Below, piece after piece: positions 7,618 to 7,667 of a stretch of DNA of 7,667 bases; the first letter of the stretch is position 1, and every line of letters begins with the position of its first letter. The translations under genes were made by a program, and so were the position numbers. The DNA lies in assembly GCA_000004985.1 (NCBI GenBank), contig GG739120.1. One strand, given 5' to 3'. Source of the stretch: Naegleria gruberi (taxonomy: Eukaryota). The notes beneath the pieces were generated by a model that made no database searches, was not told the DNA's origin, and was given only the letters and a program-made list of their open reading frames with translations.

Positions 7618-7665
7618 TATGTAAAACCAGACTTGATACGAAGAAAGAAAGAGCAAAAGAAATGA
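7618..7665 (+). CDS. DPCD: DPCD exon 3, 15 codons plus TGA stop. The predicted protein is 198 aa in total.
   Basis: The exon translates as YVKPDLIRRKKEQKK followed by TGA at 7663-7665. The basic Lys/Glu-rich tail resembles the human C-terminal region (YQKPKEVVVAESEMQKELKKVK...). The window ends at 7667, so the 3' UTR is not visible. I cannot exclude a further downstream intron that would alter the extreme C-terminus. Confidence 0.7.
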   Translation, partial: YVKPDLIRRKKEQKK

Positions 7666-7667
7666 AC

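Overview
The window is eukaryotic nuclear DNA with a standard genetic code and moderately AT-rich sequence. About 56% of it (nt 1882-6186, 4305 N) is an unreadable N-run. The readable parts carry four co-oriented (+ strand) coding units. First, nt 1-1347 is the 3' portion of a gene whose 5' end lies outside the window. It encodes at least 11 tandem EGF-like repeats of 34-35 aa, each with a conserved N-glycosylation sequon, then a Ser/Thr-rich stalk and a hydrophobic tail ending at the TAG stop, which is a predicted GPI-anchor signal. The array has a 630-bp higher-order DNA repeat. Second, nt 1618-1881 is the N-terminus of an F-box protein that runs straight into the N-run. Third, nt 6188-6571 is a 128-codon open frame emerging from the N-run. 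It is Asn/Ile/Lys-rich and about 15% GC, roughly half the GC of every other coding segment here. Fourth, nt 6933-7665 is a clear three-exon orthologue of DPCD ('deleted in primary ciliary dyskinesia'), with two short GTAAGT introns of 54 and 82 nt. This implies the source organism builds motile cilia or flagella. TAA/TAG/TGA all act as stops and every Gln codon is CAA/CAG, which excludes Tetrahymena/Paramecium-type ciliates. The visible sequence contains no prokaryotic-style operon, CRISPR array, RNA gene or mobile element. If anything novel lies in the 4.3 kb N-run it cannot be assessed from this window. The points most worth a second look are the compositionally anomalous low-GC ORF, the homogenised EGF array, and the gap that truncates the F-box gene.
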